From contig CBDHHL010000032.1 of the NCBI GenBank assembly GCA_965263355.1, positions 3,840,001 to 3,904,000 of the forward strand: a stretch of DNA of 64,000 bases, in the 5' to 3' direction. Shown here one piece after another: positions 41,052 to 51,682 of this stretch. The notes below the pieces were generated by a model. It had not been told where the DNA came from and did no database searches. It saw nothing but the letters and a program-made list of their open reading frames with translations. Within the stretch, counting starts at the first letter, position 1. Every line of letters starts with the position of its first letter. This stretch comes from Leptolyngbyaceae cyanobacterium. GTDB lineage: Bacteria > Cyanobacteriota > Cyanobacteriia > Phormidesmidales > Phormidesmidaceae. Position numbers and translations under genes: made by a program.

Positions 41052-42179
41052 TTACGGTGCTAATAGATGGCCATTCTTGACGTGTAGTACTTGTGAAGAT
41101 GTAAGCCACTTTGTATCGAATGAGCCTAGGTGGGTAGTGGTGATTAAGGTTTGAAATCGCTCTTGGATGGTATCGAGTAACTGGTTTTGGCGATTTAAGT
41201 CCAGTTCAGCTAGCACATCATCAAGTAACAATAATGGTGGTTCTCCTACCACGTCTTCAATTAACTGGAGTTCAGAGAGTTTAAGGGCCAATACCAGAGT
41301 TCGCTGCTGCCCCTGGGAACCGTATTGACGAGCTGGTGTAGTATTGATAAAGAAGCTGATGTCATCCCGGTGAGGACCTACCAATGTAGTGCGTTGGTAG
41401 TATTCAGCCATGGCGCGGGCTTGTAATTTTTCTAGAAATGCCTGTTGAATGTGGCTAGCATCATCGCTATCGACATCCACATTAGGGCTGTAGTAAATCT
41501 CTAGTTGTTCACTGCTACCGCTAATGGCTTGATGCCAAGATTGGGCAATGGGAATCAGCCGTTGTAGCATACGTGCCCGTCGTCGAATGACACGAGTGCC
41601 CAGGGTTACTAGTTGAGTATCCCATAGGGCTAGCTGAGTGGGGTCAAGCGGGGGGGGCTGATCAGAGTCGGCAGTGTGTTGTTTGATAAACGCGTTGCGC
41701 TGTTTGAGGACCTGATTGTACTGCTGCAGAATATGAACATAGACTGGCTCTAGCTGCATCAGCAAGGTATCAGTCCAGGTGCGCCGGATGCCGGGACCGC
41801 CGCGTACCAGATCCAGGTCTAAGCAGGAAAATTGAACTGCATTGAGACACCCCAGGAAGTCTTGTTGTCGTCGAAGCGTTTCTCCATTAATTATCGCTGT
41901 GCGCCGACTGCCCCGGCGTAACGTCAGTTGGAGGGAGGATAGGCCCAGTTCTCGTTTGAGATTGGCCCGAATTTGGGCGGTGGGCATATCGGTTTGGATC
42001 AGGTCGCGATCGCGACTACTCCGATGGGACTTTAGCGTAGCTAGTAATTCCACTGCCTCTAACAGGTTAGATTTGCCCTGGGCATTTTCCCCCAGCAGAA
42101 TAGTCTTGGGTGCCGAAAATTCGACGGCCTGGTCACCGTAGTTGCGAAATTGTTTGAGGTGCAGAGATTGAAGAAACAT
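41052..42179 (-). CDS. recF: DNA replication/repair protein RecF
   Basis: [41 protein letters not shown]. Confidence 0.97.
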   Translation of the reverse strand: MFLQSLHLKQFRNYGDQAVEFSAPKTILLGENAQGKSNLLEAVELLATLKSHRSSRDRDLIQTDMPTAQIRANLKRELGLSSLQLTLRRGSRRTAIINGETLRRQQDFLGCLNAVQFSCLDLDLVRGGPGIRRTWTDTLLMQLEPVYVHILQQYNQVLKQRNAFIKQHTADSDQPPPLDPTQLALWDTQLVTLGTRVIRRRARMLQRLIPIAQSWHQAISGSSEQLEIYYSPNVDVDSDDASHIQQAFLEKLQARAMAEYYQRTTLVGPHRDDISFFINTTPARQYGSQGQQRTLVLALKLSELQLIEDVVGEPPLLLLDDVLAELDLNRQNQLLDTIQERFQTLITTTHLGSFDTKWLTSSQVLHVKNGHLLAP

Positions 42180-42339
42180 AGATAGCCAGGACGCTAACCT
42201 AGTGAAGTGTCAAAGCTAAAAGTTGGGATGCGGCATTGATGAAGAGTAAAGGGTAAAGAGTGACTTTTCATCCCTTTAACTCGTTACTTTTTACTGACCT
42301 CGTCCTAAATCTTAGTTTTGATAGACCACTAGTCTAGGA

Positions 42340-43440
42340 TTAAACCTTATCTACAGCCAGTGAAACGGGCAGCATCTGGTTGAGATGAATCGTTTGTTCA
42401 CCACACCAGTCTAAAACCCGGTTCCAGGCCCACCAGCGGTCGGGGTCCTTTAGTTTGTGTTGACAGGCATTGCTGCTGATATAGCCTACATGGCCCCCTT
42501 GGGCAGTCATGATTAAATCTATGGCCGAGTTAGCGGCACACTGGGTCTGGATATCGGGTACGAGGGTGGGGTCAAATAGCGGATCGTCAGCGGCGTAGAT
42601 GATTAGCGTAGGCTTTTTGAGTTCTGGTAAAAGATACAACCCGCTGGTGGCTCTGTAATAATCTTCTACGGATTTAAAGCCTAGACGTCCGATCACCATT
42701 TCATGGTCAAAGCTCCAAATGCTGTGCACACGTTCAGCAGCAGCTGGATCAAAGGCGTTGGGGTGGTCTTGTAATAGCGTTTGCAGTAGTCGCTTAAGTT
42801 TGCGAGTGATGGCTTTTTCCAGGTATTTGCCGAGGGGGGCGTTGGTTAGGTATTGGAGCGATCGCAACGATTCCAACGCCGGACAAATCACTGCACACCC
42901 ACCAATATCCTCTGAGGATAGGTCTAGATCGGCTCCCCACTGAGGTAAGTCCTGGGCTGCCTTGATACCCCACAACGCTAGCAGGCCCCCCAGGGAAAAT
43001 GACGTAAACCAAATGGGTGTGGGACAGCCCATGGCCTTGGCGGCGGCTGCAATTCTGACAAAGTCCTCCCCTTCGTAAAGACCGTCGGAGGTTAGGGTGG
43101 GCGATAATTGGGCAGTTTTGCCATGGGCACGCCAATCGTAAATTACCACGGCATAGCCCTGGGCATAGGCTTTACGCCCCATAATGCGCAGAAACCATTG
43201 GTTGTCGAGGTCCCCTGTGATGCCATAGGTGCCGATAATCGTGCCTTGCGGATTCGGCGGGATAGCCACCAGACCAAAAATGGGCACCCCTTGCGCACCT
43301 GTGAAAATGGTTTCCTGATAGGTGGGCTCTGGGTCAGATAGGGTAGATTGCCAGTGTTTACCCGCTCGTACTCCCGCATGAATCGTCATCAGTAAGCCAT
43401 TGGTCAGTGGCCAGGGTGCCTGATAGGGAATGGAGTTCAT
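42340..43440 (-). CDS. YheT-like alpha/beta hydrolase
   Basis: SFSLGG nucleophile elbow, AADDP, GGHVGY. Confidence 0.85.
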   Translation of the reverse strand: MNSIPYQAPWPLTNGLLMTIHAGVRAGKHWQSTLSDPEPTYQETIFTGAQGVPIFGLVAIPPNPQGTIIGTYGITGDLDNQWFLRIMGRKAYAQGYAVVIYDWRAHGKTAQLSPTLTSDGLYEGEDFVRIAAAAKAMGCPTPIWFTSFSLGGLLALWGIKAAQDLPQWGADLDLSSEDIGGCAVICPALESLRSLQYLTNAPLGKYLEKAITRKLKRLLQTLLQDHPNAFDPAAAERVHSIWSFDHEMVIGRLGFKSVEDYYRATSGLYLLPELKKPTLIIYAADDPLFDPTLVPDIQTQCAANSAIDLIMTAQGGHVGYISSNACQHKLKDPDRWWAWNRVLDWCGEQTIHLNQMLPVSLAVDKV

Positions 43441-43563
43441 TGGGAGATGCGGCTGATGTGTAAGATTTCACTATGCCATAAGTCTGCTGGGGAATCTGTA
43501 TAGGTGATTCAAGCGGAATAGCAATCGGGCAATGTAAGCTTCCAAAAAAATTAGCGACAGTTA

Positions 43564-43594
43564 TTGACAGTGCAAGGCTAAAAGCTGCTAATAT
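43564..43594 (+). promoter_or_regulatory. Putative sigma70-type promoter of tRNA-Gln
   Basis: Perfect TTGACA at 43564 and TGCTAATAT downstream; spacing is not canonical. Confidence 0.45.
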
Positions 43595-43655
43595 ACATTA
43601 GCTGGTGGCTACTACTAGCTAAGTACTGGTTAATCTAGTGCTTGCTTTTACACAA

Positions 43656-43727
43656 TGGGGTGTGGCCAAGCGGTAAGGCAGCGGGTTTTGGTCCCGTCAT
43701 TCGTAGGTTCGAATCCTACCACCCCAG
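43656..43727 (+). tRNA. tRNA-Gln (anticodon TTG), CCA not encoded
   Basis: Acceptor TGGGGTG/CACCCCA; anticodon arm GCGGG-TTTTGGT-CCCGT; T arm GTAGG-TTCGAAT-CCTAC. Confidence 0.97.
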
Positions 43728-43753
43728 TTAGTTTCAGAGATTAACTAAAAGGA

Positions 43754-43775
43754 TTTGCCGCAAGTTTGCCGCAAG
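43754..43775. repeat. Tandem 11-bp direct repeat TTTGCCGCAAG x2 next to the att site
   Basis: Read directly from the sequence. Confidence 0.8.
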
Positions 43776-43874
43776 TATTTTCAGGTTAAGGTACATGGTT
43801 CGACGCAATCTTGGCATTGACTACAATAGTCATGCTGATCCTCAATAACCTGATTGAGAAGGGTGAAGTAAAAG

Positions 43875-44537
43875 ATGGTTCAAGCAATTGCGATTTCTGA
43901 GAAGACTAGTCTGTATGACCTGAAAAAAGAGTTTGGATTGCAGCCAGTTGCTGACGACTCTACCTTTTCTGAATTGAAGGATAACCTGCCTGAATTGACT
44001 GCTCAGGAAAAAGAACGGCTTGATCAGGTGCAAGGGCATTTTCTAGCCTTAACGGAGCGATCGCTCATTTCCGAAAACCTGGTCAAAATGGCAGTCGTTT
44101 CTCCTTTGCTAGAGCTAGCAGGGTTTTACAGCAGGAATACTCAGGTTCGTGATGAATTTCCGGTTGAGATTTCAGGACAGGACGAGGGGACTCTTTATCG
44201 TGGCCGTATTGATATCTTGGTCTTTCAAGAGAAACTGTGGGTGGTAATGATTGAATCCAAACACAGCGAGTTTTCCCTTAATAAAGCAATGCCTCAAGGG
44301 TTGGCGTACATGTTAGCAAGCCCAAATGTAAATAGTGAGCCACCTCAGGATACGTTTGGTTTGCTGACCAATGGCAGCGATTTTCGTTTTCTGAAAGTTA
44401 TCCATAAACCGACTCCAAGCTATAGTGTATCGGCTATTTTTTCTTTGATAGATCCGGGAAATGACCTCTACACCGTACTACAAATCTTGAAACTGTTGGC
44501 CCAGAAGGTTTTGATGCACAAACAATTGCAACATTAA
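43875..44537 (+). CDS. Type I restriction enzyme R N-terminal-like (PD-(D/E)xK) stand-alone protein
   Basis: GRIDILV..IESK..Q..AYM..LLTNG. Confidence 0.8.
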   Translation: MVQAIAISEKTSLYDLKKEFGLQPVADDSTFSELKDNLPELTAQEKERLDQVQGHFLALTERSLISENLVKMAVVSPLLELAGFYSRNTQVRDEFPVEISGQDEGTLYRGRIDILVFQEKLWVVMIESKHSEFSLNKAMPQGLAYMLASPNVNSEPPQDTFGLLTNGSDFRFLKVIHKPTPSYSVSAIFSLIDPGNDLYTVLQILKLLAQKVLMHKQLQH

Positions 44538-44585
44538 AAATAATTAGCGGTGTTGGTGAGTCAACATTTCATTACATGGAGTAAA

Positions 44586-44758
44586 TCCTCTTGGAAGCGT
44601 GCTCGGTAGGCCTCGAATAGTTGAATGGGGTCAAGGTTAATATCAGTGGAAAAGAGCAAGGCATAGCATAGTCGTTCGGGATGTTTACGATTGAGCAGAT
44701 ACACCACTCGAATCTTGCGCCTGAGGCAAACAGACCAGACAACCGCTGTGTAGAGCAA
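44586..44758 (-). pseudogene. DDE transposase internal fragment (IS4-like)
   Basis: LLFSTD..YRARFQ(E) signature; no start or full catalytic domain. Confidence 0.7.
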
Positions 44759-44949
44759 GTCCAGAGGTTACTGAATGGACTTACAGGAGAAGAACTGCCT
44801 TCGCCTTCTTGTGTCCCAGAAGAAGATGCTCATACTGAATGATCTTATTGAAGACTCATGAGTGTGATTTTGTTTAGCTAAGATAAATCTTGATGTTTTG
44901 GGTATCGTAATCAAAATGTGGAACCGAAACGATATCTATAATGGCGTGT

Positions 44950-45081
44950 GCGATCGCACTAAAATAGAGATCCCCTTGCTGAGGAATACCTGATGCCTTC
45001 GCCGCTGCCTGGAATGGATCCTTATCTGGAACACCCACGTTCCTGGCCAAACTTCCATCATCGGTTAATTAGTGCGATCGC
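44950..45081 (+). repeat. 132-bp duplicated segment, copy 1 (HIP1 to HIP1), carrying a truncated DUF4058 5' end
   Basis: Matches 46299-46430 with 4 mismatches; ATG at 44993. Confidence 0.9.
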
Positions 45082-45101
45082 TATGCTCATTGACAGAAGT
45101 C

Positions 45102-46181
45102 TTAACCATCTTTTTGGCTAGAAGATTGATCGCTTTTAGCCTCAATTTCCTGGAATGCAGTCTCTAATTCAATTTCCAATTGCTCAATAGTGGGTAGGCT
45201 ACATTTAATTGTCTCTGGCAACTCATCACTCAGTTGATAGGTCGCAACGCCAATAGGTCTTTGAAGATCTTGAAGTGCAAATTCGACCGTTGTTTTACGT
45301 TTACTACGGCACAGAATAATCCCTATGGTTTGATTATCGCCATCTGCACGGAGATAATGATCAACTGCTGAGACATAGAAATTCATTTTGCCTGAAAATT
45401 CAGGTATAAATTCTTTCATTTTGAGGTCGATGACAATATAGCAGTGTAATCGAGTGTGATAAAAGAGCAAGTCCAGACGGTACTCGATATCATCCACAAC
45501 CACTGGATATTGACTACCCAAAAAAGCAAATCCCAGACCTAGCTCTAGTAAAAAATCACGAATATGTTCCAGCAATCCTCGTTCTAATTCACGTTCTAGA
45601 GCATCCTGACCAAGGGTTAAAAAGTCAAAATTGTAGGGGTCCTTAATCAATTCCTGTGCCAGCTCTGATTGCGGCTTGGGCAGGGTTTTCTCAAAATTAG
45701 TAACAGCGCTACCCTGACGATGGTACAAACGAGTATCAATTTGAATCGCCAAAATATTTCGACTCCATCCATTTTCAATGGTTTTTTGGATGTACCAAAG
45801 GCGCTCGTTTGGGTCTTTGACCTTATCGAGAATGATGCAGTTATGCTTCCACGGAATTTGTCCACCAAGCTGGTGGACAAATTGCTCATCGGACCATGCT
45901 TCAGCAAATGCCCGCATATACATCAAATTTGTGCGGGAAAATCCTTTGATATCTGGAAAGGAACGTTTGAGATCTTTGGATAGACGATCAATGACCTTGC
46001 TACCCCAACCTTCCTGCTGCTGACGCTGTAGGATGTCTCGACCGATTTTCCAATAGAGCAAAATCAATTCAGAATTAACCGCAAGGGCAGCTTTGACCTG
46101 GGATGTTTTGATCAGGGTCTTGAGGTCGCTCAGAAAACGTGCGTAAGCATCAGGAGGAAGTAAAGGCGGTTGCGACGGCAT
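45102..46181 (-). CDS. YhcG / DUF1016 PD-(D/E)xK nuclease-domain protein
   Basis: LYWKIG, KDPYNFDFL, FLLELG.GFAF, DLLFYH, IDLK, IGIILC. Confidence 0.92.
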   Translation of the reverse strand: MPSQPPLLPPDAYARFLSDLKTLIKTSQVKAALAVNSELILLYWKIGRDILQRQQQEGWGSKVIDRLSKDLKRSFPDIKGFSRTNLMYMRAFAEAWSDEQFVHQLGGQIPWKHNCIILDKVKDPNERLWYIQKTIENGWSRNILAIQIDTRLYHRQGSAVTNFEKTLPKPQSELAQELIKDPYNFDFLTLGQDALERELERGLLEHIRDFLLELGLGFAFLGSQYPVVVDDIEYRLDLLFYHTRLHCYIVIDLKMKEFIPEFSGKMNFYVSAVDHYLRADGDNQTIGIILCRSKRKTTVEFALQDLQRPIGVATYQLSDELPETIKCSLPTIEQLEIELETAFQEIEAKSDQSSSQKDG

Positions 46182-46298
46182 AGGGCGGCAGATAGTCAGT
46201 ATTGATGCTCCACAGGCTGAAGCGTTCTTTGGGAGTAGAACACTTGAACCATATCATAGCTGTCTTTTTTGCTGCTAATCTGCTTTACGTTGGAGATT

Positions 46299-46430
46299 GC
46301 GATCGCACTAAAATAAAGATCCCTTTGCTGAGAAATAGCTGATGCCTTCGCCGCTGCCTGGAATGGATCCTTATCTGGAACACCCACGTTCCTGGCCAAA
46401 CTTCCATCATCGGTTAATTAGTGCGATCGC
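46299..46430 (+). repeat. 132-bp duplicated segment, copy 2 (HIP1 to HIP1)
   Basis: Matches 44950-45081. Confidence 0.9.
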
Positions 46431-47134
46431 CATCAGCCTAGGCCCACAACTACGTCCCAAATATCGCGTCGTAGTCGAAGAAGCCATTTATCAGACTGAG
46501 GGGCAGGATTCAGTTTTGGTGGGCGTCCCTGACGTCACTATCCAAAAAGCAAAGGGCACTCAATCCGCTACTGAGGCAACTTTAGGTACAACAGTAGCTC
46601 AACCCATCCTGGTCGATTTGCCCATGCCGGAGGTCGTTCGACAGGGATACCTCGAAATTCGAGAAGTAGCTACCAGTGAAGTCATCACCGTCATTGAAGT
46701 TCTATCGCCCACCAATAAACGCCCTGGCGAAGGCAGACAGACGAACTTACGAAGCAAAACGTCAGGTCATTCTAGCCAGTGCCACTAACCTAGTAGAAAT
46801 CGATTTGCTACGACAGTGGCCTCCCATAGTGCAGTTGCCAGAGCAGCTCCAAACTCATTACCGTATTTTGGTCAGTGCCAGTTCCCAACGCCCCCAAGCA
46901 AGCCTTTACGCATTTAATGTGCCAGCCCCCATTCCTGCATTTCCATTACCGCTACAGGAAACAGAGTCAGAACCCATCGTTAACCTGCAAAATTTACTGG
47001 GTGATATTTATGACCAGTCAGGCTATGACTTAGTGATTGACTACAGTGAGCCACCGGTCCCTCCACTGAAAGAAGCAGACTCCGTGTGGTTAGCAGAATG
47101 GCTTACCAAGATTCGCGATGAATCAGAACGCTAG
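46342..47134 (+). pseudogene. DUF4058 family protein, frameshifted
   Basis: MPSPLPGMDPYLE..IEVLSPTNK in one frame and YEAKR..LVEIDLLR..IDY in another; CAGA duplication at 46734-46741. Confidence 0.85.
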
Positions 47135-47285
47135 CAGCAGTCACACTAAGGCTGCACTTATATAGTTCATACGAACTAATGTAATAAAAATTTAGCTTCC
47201 TAATTCTAAGAATTTAGCGCTACATCAAAAATGCTCAAATCATTTGCCTCAGAAGGGTTTGGAGTGAATTCTGACGTGAATAATA

Positions 47286-47332
47286 GGTTTTGGTCCCGTC
47301 ATTCGTAGGTTCGAATCCTACCACCCCAGTTA
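47286..47332 (+). repeat. att copy: 3' part of tRNA-Gln
   Basis: GGTTTTGGTCCCGTCATTCGTAGGTTCGAATCCTACCACCCCAGTTA. Confidence 0.92.
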
Positions 47333-47420
47333 TTATCAAGAATTTACTAGAAAGGTTTGCTGAAAAGCTTGTTTTTTTGTGCAGCAGTTCTAGCAGTGGT
47401 TAGCTCACAGAAAAATGTAT

Positions 47421-47672
47421 CTACTGTTCAGATGGTGAATCTTCTTTGAGGATGTCGCCCAGATAAAGCTGTACAAACTGTTCAGCCGCTTCAAACTTAA
47501 TCTGTTTCAATGCTCGGGTAATTTCCACAACGGTTTCTGACGTTGGTTCACGTTTCCCATGAAACCACTTATAAACAGTGGCACGGTCAATACCTAAAAT
47601 GACAGCCAATTGATTTTGGCTGATGTTTTGACACTGTAATGTTTGCTTAAGTGCTAATCCTGCCCTTCCCAT
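47421..47672 (-). CDS. XRE-family HTH transcriptional regulator
   Basis: ISQNQLA..LGIDRATVYKWFHGKREP. Confidence 0.9.
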   Translation of the reverse strand: MGRAGLALKQTLQCQNISQNQLAVILGIDRATVYKWFHGKREPTSETVVEITRALKQIKFEAAEQFVQLYLGDILKEDSPSEQ

Positions 47673-47709
47673 ACTGCTAATCGTGTCAGAGCAGGATTAG
47701 TCAAGTAAA

Positions 47710-47758
47710 TGTAGTTCAAAAAGTCTACAGTATGTTAATGTAGACCTACTGAACCACA
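47710..47758. promoter_or_regulatory. Two 20-bp operator-like palindromes between the XRE gene and the divergent ORF
   Basis: TGTAG-N10-CTACA (47710-47729) and TGTAG-N10-CCACA (47739-47758). Confidence 0.6.
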
Positions 47759-47775
47759 TCAAGGAGTGCATACTA

Positions 47776-48066
47776 ATGGCTGATGAAGCTGAGCGTAAGC
47801 CTATCGATCCATCTGCATCATCCGAGTTAGCTGCCACCTCAAGGTCAAATCAGGAACCTGTCCGTTTAATGATTAGTGGCTCCCATTAGGGGATTAAGGT
47901 CATGATTCATACACTCTTTCAATGTGGCATTGCACCAGTGGATGCTTGGAGTAAACTGCAGCAAGTTCCCCATAGCAATAGCTTGATGAGCATCATGACC
48001 AGATATATACAAAAGCCGGACAGGGGAGACGGGGCAAATCAAGCAGTTCAATTACCAGAAGGATAG
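47776..48066 (+). pseudogene. Small cyanobacterial hypothetical gene divergent from the XRE gene, interrupted by TAG at 47887
   Basis: AAGGAG RBS; EPVRLMISGS(*)GI..IHTL..WS..MSIMTRY continues in frame; 3' end uncertain. Confidence 0.55.
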
Positions 48067-48529
48067 TTATAGTTTGGAGCTTTTAGGGATTTCTCAAGCA
48101 GTTTATGCTCAGGATTTTTTTATCGAGCTGGGCTATGGCTTTTGCTTTATTGGCAATCAGTATCGACTGGCGTTAGGAGATAACGAGTATTTCCTGGATT
48201 TACTGTTTTATCACCGCTTTTTGAAGTGCTTGGTGGCGATTGAGCTAAAGACAGGGCGATTTCGATCAGAGTACGCAGGAAAGATGGATTTTTACCTGGA
48301 GATTCTCAACGACTAGGAGCGGGCACCGGATGATAACCCAGCGATCGGCATTATTCTGTGCGCGGAGAAGGATCGGTTGGAGGTTGAGTTTAGTCTGAAA
48401 TCGAAGGCGAATCCGATTGGCGTGGCTACATATCAGCTATATCCCGAAGTGCCGGAGGAATATAAGGGTATGCTACCCACCGATGACGATTGGCAAAAGT
48501 TACTGGAATCGGCATTATCAGAAGAATAA
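48059..48529 (+). pseudogene. Second YhcG/DUF1016 copy, C-terminal fragment with an internal stop
   Basis: IELGYGFCF, DLLFYH, IELK, TAG at 48314, then IGIILC..PIGVATYQL in frame. Confidence 0.85.
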
Positions 48530-48889
48530 TAAGCCAGTTAGAAAGTCTCTAGACAGGGCTTGAAAAGAGTGGTGAGAGATTTATGCTACGGCTCATAGAA
48601 CTTTCATACTCATAGCTTAAGTAACTTAGTCAACAGAAGACACAGACTAGCTTATGCTTAGAACTTAGCCTGTTGTGTTGATTAGTTGTGGCTTTATGCT
48701 TGCGACACAATGTCGTTCTAATGGGTGAAGAACTCTCTCCCTTCCAGTCTAGACTCAAGGTTGTCCCAACGCCATTTAATTTGTTACTGTACATCTAGTG
48801 ACAACAGTTTCAGTGGGCAAGCCAGCCATAATTTCGTTGGATAAATTAGGTAACTAAAATATGTTTTCTTCTAGCTGCAGAGAACTTTA

Positions 48890-49587
48890 CTAAGACAACT
48901 CTGCCGTATCATAGTTGATGACATTGGGAACCAGTCTTTGTACAGAATGGGTAATTAATGAACGGTCAAACTGCATCCATGAACGTGGTCGATCAAGAAT
49001 ACCCACGCGTAAAATTCCCCATAGCTGATAGCCCTTAATAATATGCCCTTGAGCTAGTGCATGCTCTTCTCGCATCAATGGACCAGTATCTCGCAAGCCA
49101 TCTCGATATTCAGCGTTAATGTTGTCCATAAACACTGAAAGTTCTGCTGCTAAAGCAGATTTAAACAGCGGGCTACGTAACAGCTGTTTATCTTCAAGAT
49201 GCCAGCTATTTTCTGGCATTTCTGAATGACTGTAGTTTTTTCCCAATAATGGGTCATCCTGCTGAAATGTTGCTGCGGATGACGTAGATAGAGAAAACAA
49301 TAGTCACATTTGATCAGATAGCCCAGCATCGGTAGCACTTGATCTAAGATATCTTCGTCGCTCTCAGATCTGTGAAATACAGCCTCAAGCTCTCCCGGAT
49401 AGGCTGGATTATATACCGAGCCTTGAAAGTCATGAAATAGGTTGGATTCATGTAAATAATAACTCTTATAGATAAGAATTCTTGGATGGCAACTTGAATT
49501 TTGAGCGTTGCTAAGCCCTGGATCACTTAAGTCGCCAGCAGAAATCTGTGTTAAGTAATCTCTTCTCAGGGGCAACATAACTAGCAC
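48890..49587 (-). pseudogene. GAF-like domain protein split by an apparent frameshift; 5' end uncertain
   Basis: CDYCFLYLRHP in one frame, PLFKSAL..LWGIL..PRSW in the other; A6 run at 49236-49241 in the overlap. Confidence 0.55.
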
Positions 49588-50432
49588 TCTAGCAGAGAAT
49601 CACACTGATGACATTGCAAAACAACAATTAAACGAGCCGTTACCGGTACTTTGCGGACATCAGTAAAAGAATGCTCACAGTGAGCAAAAACACTTACTTT
49701 AGTATTCAATTACTACCTGCCAATAGTAACTCTGCAGCTTACTGAGTAGAGAAAGCCCCAACATTTCATAGTGGGCGTTAAAAACCATCAGAAAGCTATT
49801 ATTCAAAATTCGTTCTCCACGATGGGCAGGTGTAAATTTCTCTACCATTGAGAAGCACATATGGACCCTTAATCAATCCAGCATTCTACTGAATCTTCTA
49901 TCATGGATATTATGTCATCAACGTTGTAGTAGCCATCAGAACTGTGGATAGCCCTCCCCTGAAACCACTGGCATCTGGGAAAAACTGGATGTTCCACCAA
50001 AAGGTTTTTATCCAATGTGTATCGCCCAAAAATGTTGCCGTTAAATGGCAGCACTGTTGCTTTCTTAGGACAATAACGACAGGAATATCAGTATCTCCTT
50101 CGGTACCACATTTTCAAAAACGGTTGTGGACCTCTCCGTCACAGTCACCCTCTTTATCGGCTTTATTGTGCTAGCGCTTGTAGCTCACTAAGTCAAACAG
50201 GGTGAATTCCGTCATGAGCTGTAATAAAGTTCCCGCTAACATGGAAACGACGACGACTGTAATCCTATAAGCCTATGGTTCCGACCTTGAAGAAATGGAA
50301 GCCAATAAGGAAAAGGAGTTTCTGATACTAGAGGATGAGCTAACTTTAGCGAAGGCGAAGGTAGTAGCGATGCCTCATTCTGAGGATGTGTCGGCTTAGG
50401 TTATTGCGATTTCTTCTGTCCGACACCTCAAA

Positions 50433-51530
50433 TCAGCTGCTAGCTTGACTGCGACGAAAAATTTCGATAGATACTAACTTATTAGTATCAGAATCCCACA
50501 AAATAAATTTGGCGCAATCGAGCATTTTGCTCATCTGAATAGTTTTTGAGTCCAAGAGAAGGTGCTTATTTTTCTGATAGCATAACTTTAGATTATAGTT
50601 AGGAATTCTTTCAGAAAGATGATGAATATGATGATAGCTAATGTCAGCAGTAAACCACTTTAAGATAACGGGTAAATCCAAGTAACTGCTGCCTTCCACC
50701 GCTCCTGCCAAATAGTCCCAACCTTCCGTTTTGTGGGCATAAGCTCCATCAAAATTATGTTGTACGAAAAAAACAGTAATAAAAATCGAAGCTGAAAGAG
50801 TTAGTACAGTAGAGTATATCCCTAAGAAAAAGTATGCTCCTAGCCAATGGCAAAGGAAAATCCATCCCCCAATTACAAAAATATTATTGAGCAGGATATC
50901 CCAAAATTCATCAGCTGTAGACCAATGCTTAGGTTTATGAGCCGAAAGTATTGCCGATAGGTTAGTTCTAGGATTAGCCTTTAAATAGCCAATGCTATGA
51001 CGAATGAAATCATAAATACCCAGGATTAAAATAATTCTTGGTTTAAATGCTAGATAGAAAAAACCACCAGGAAAAGTCATCAATGGATGTCTCATCAATT
51101 CATATAAATTTTGCTCTGATAGAGCGAGTTGGGCATACTCTTCAGTCGATAAGAAGTCCCCAATACCTCGATATCGCTCCCAGTCACCATTGGTTTTGTG
51201 ATGATAAGCATGGTCCCGAGACCACCAATATTGAGGCATAGCATTGACTAGGCCAAACAAAAATCCAACTATTCGGTTGATTCTTTTTGACCTGAAAAGT
51301 GAGTAGTGGCCACAGTCATGCATTAAGGAGAAGCAGCGTAGTGAAAAGAGCACCAGGCAAATGATGACCAGAGGTAATAGGTAAATAGAAAACTGAACTG
51401 ATTTCACTGCTAAAAACCACAGAAAAATATAAGGAACTAGTGTGTTTAAGACCTGATACGTGGCTCGCCAATTATTGCTCTGCATGTAAGGACTCAGAAC
51501 AAAATCAGACTTTTCAATTGTTTGTTTCAT
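50433..51530 (-). CDS. Membrane fatty acid desaturase family protein
   Basis: His boxes HDCGH, HAYHH, HHIHH; TM segments. Confidence 0.9.
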   Translation of the reverse strand: MKQTIEKSDFVLSPYMQSNNWRATYQVLNTLVPYIFLWFLAVKSVQFSIYLLPLVIICLVLFSLRCFSLMHDCGHYSLFRSKRINRIVGFLFGLVNAMPQYWWSRDHAYHHKTNGDWERYRGIGDFLSTEEYAQLALSEQNLYELMRHPLMTFPGGFFYLAFKPRIILILGIYDFIRHSIGYLKANPRTNLSAILSAHKPKHWSTADEFWDILLNNIFVIGGWIFLCHWLGAYFFLGIYSTVLTLSASIFITVFFVQHNFDGAYAHKTEGWDYLAGAVEGSSYLDLPVILKWFTADISYHHIHHLSERIPNYNLKLCYQKNKHLLLDSKTIQMSKMLDCAKFILWDSDTNKLVSIEIFRRSQASS

Positions 51531-51682
51531 TTAATGACATATTCTCTCTTAAAAGTAGCTATTTACAGATAAATATTTTCTTAAGTAATTTTTTCGAATT
51601 GATAAAAAATCCACAGACTAGGCTAACATCCAGTGTTCCTTGAAAAGGTTAAGGTATTCTCCGATGTAGCAGTGCAAGGTTT

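Larger units (their letters stand above)
43684..47332. mobile_element. tRNA-Gln-anchored integrated islet bounded by 47-bp direct repeats; no integrase inside
   Basis: 43684-43730 is identical to 47286-47332. Confidence 0.8.

Noticed and set aside
47286..47332. Second tRNA-Gln gene
   Set aside because: Lacks the 5' acceptor strand and D arm; it is an att repeat
43875..48529. Complete restriction-modification or known defence system
   Set aside because: No methyltransferase, specificity subunit or helicase; several genes are broken
49581..49610. CIRCE element (TAGCACTC half-site)
   Set aside because: No matching GAGTGCTAA half and not upstream of groEL
49869..50400. Short ORFs left of the desaturase (beyond its 3' end)
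   Set aside because: Multiple stops and no recognisable motif; probably decayed DNA
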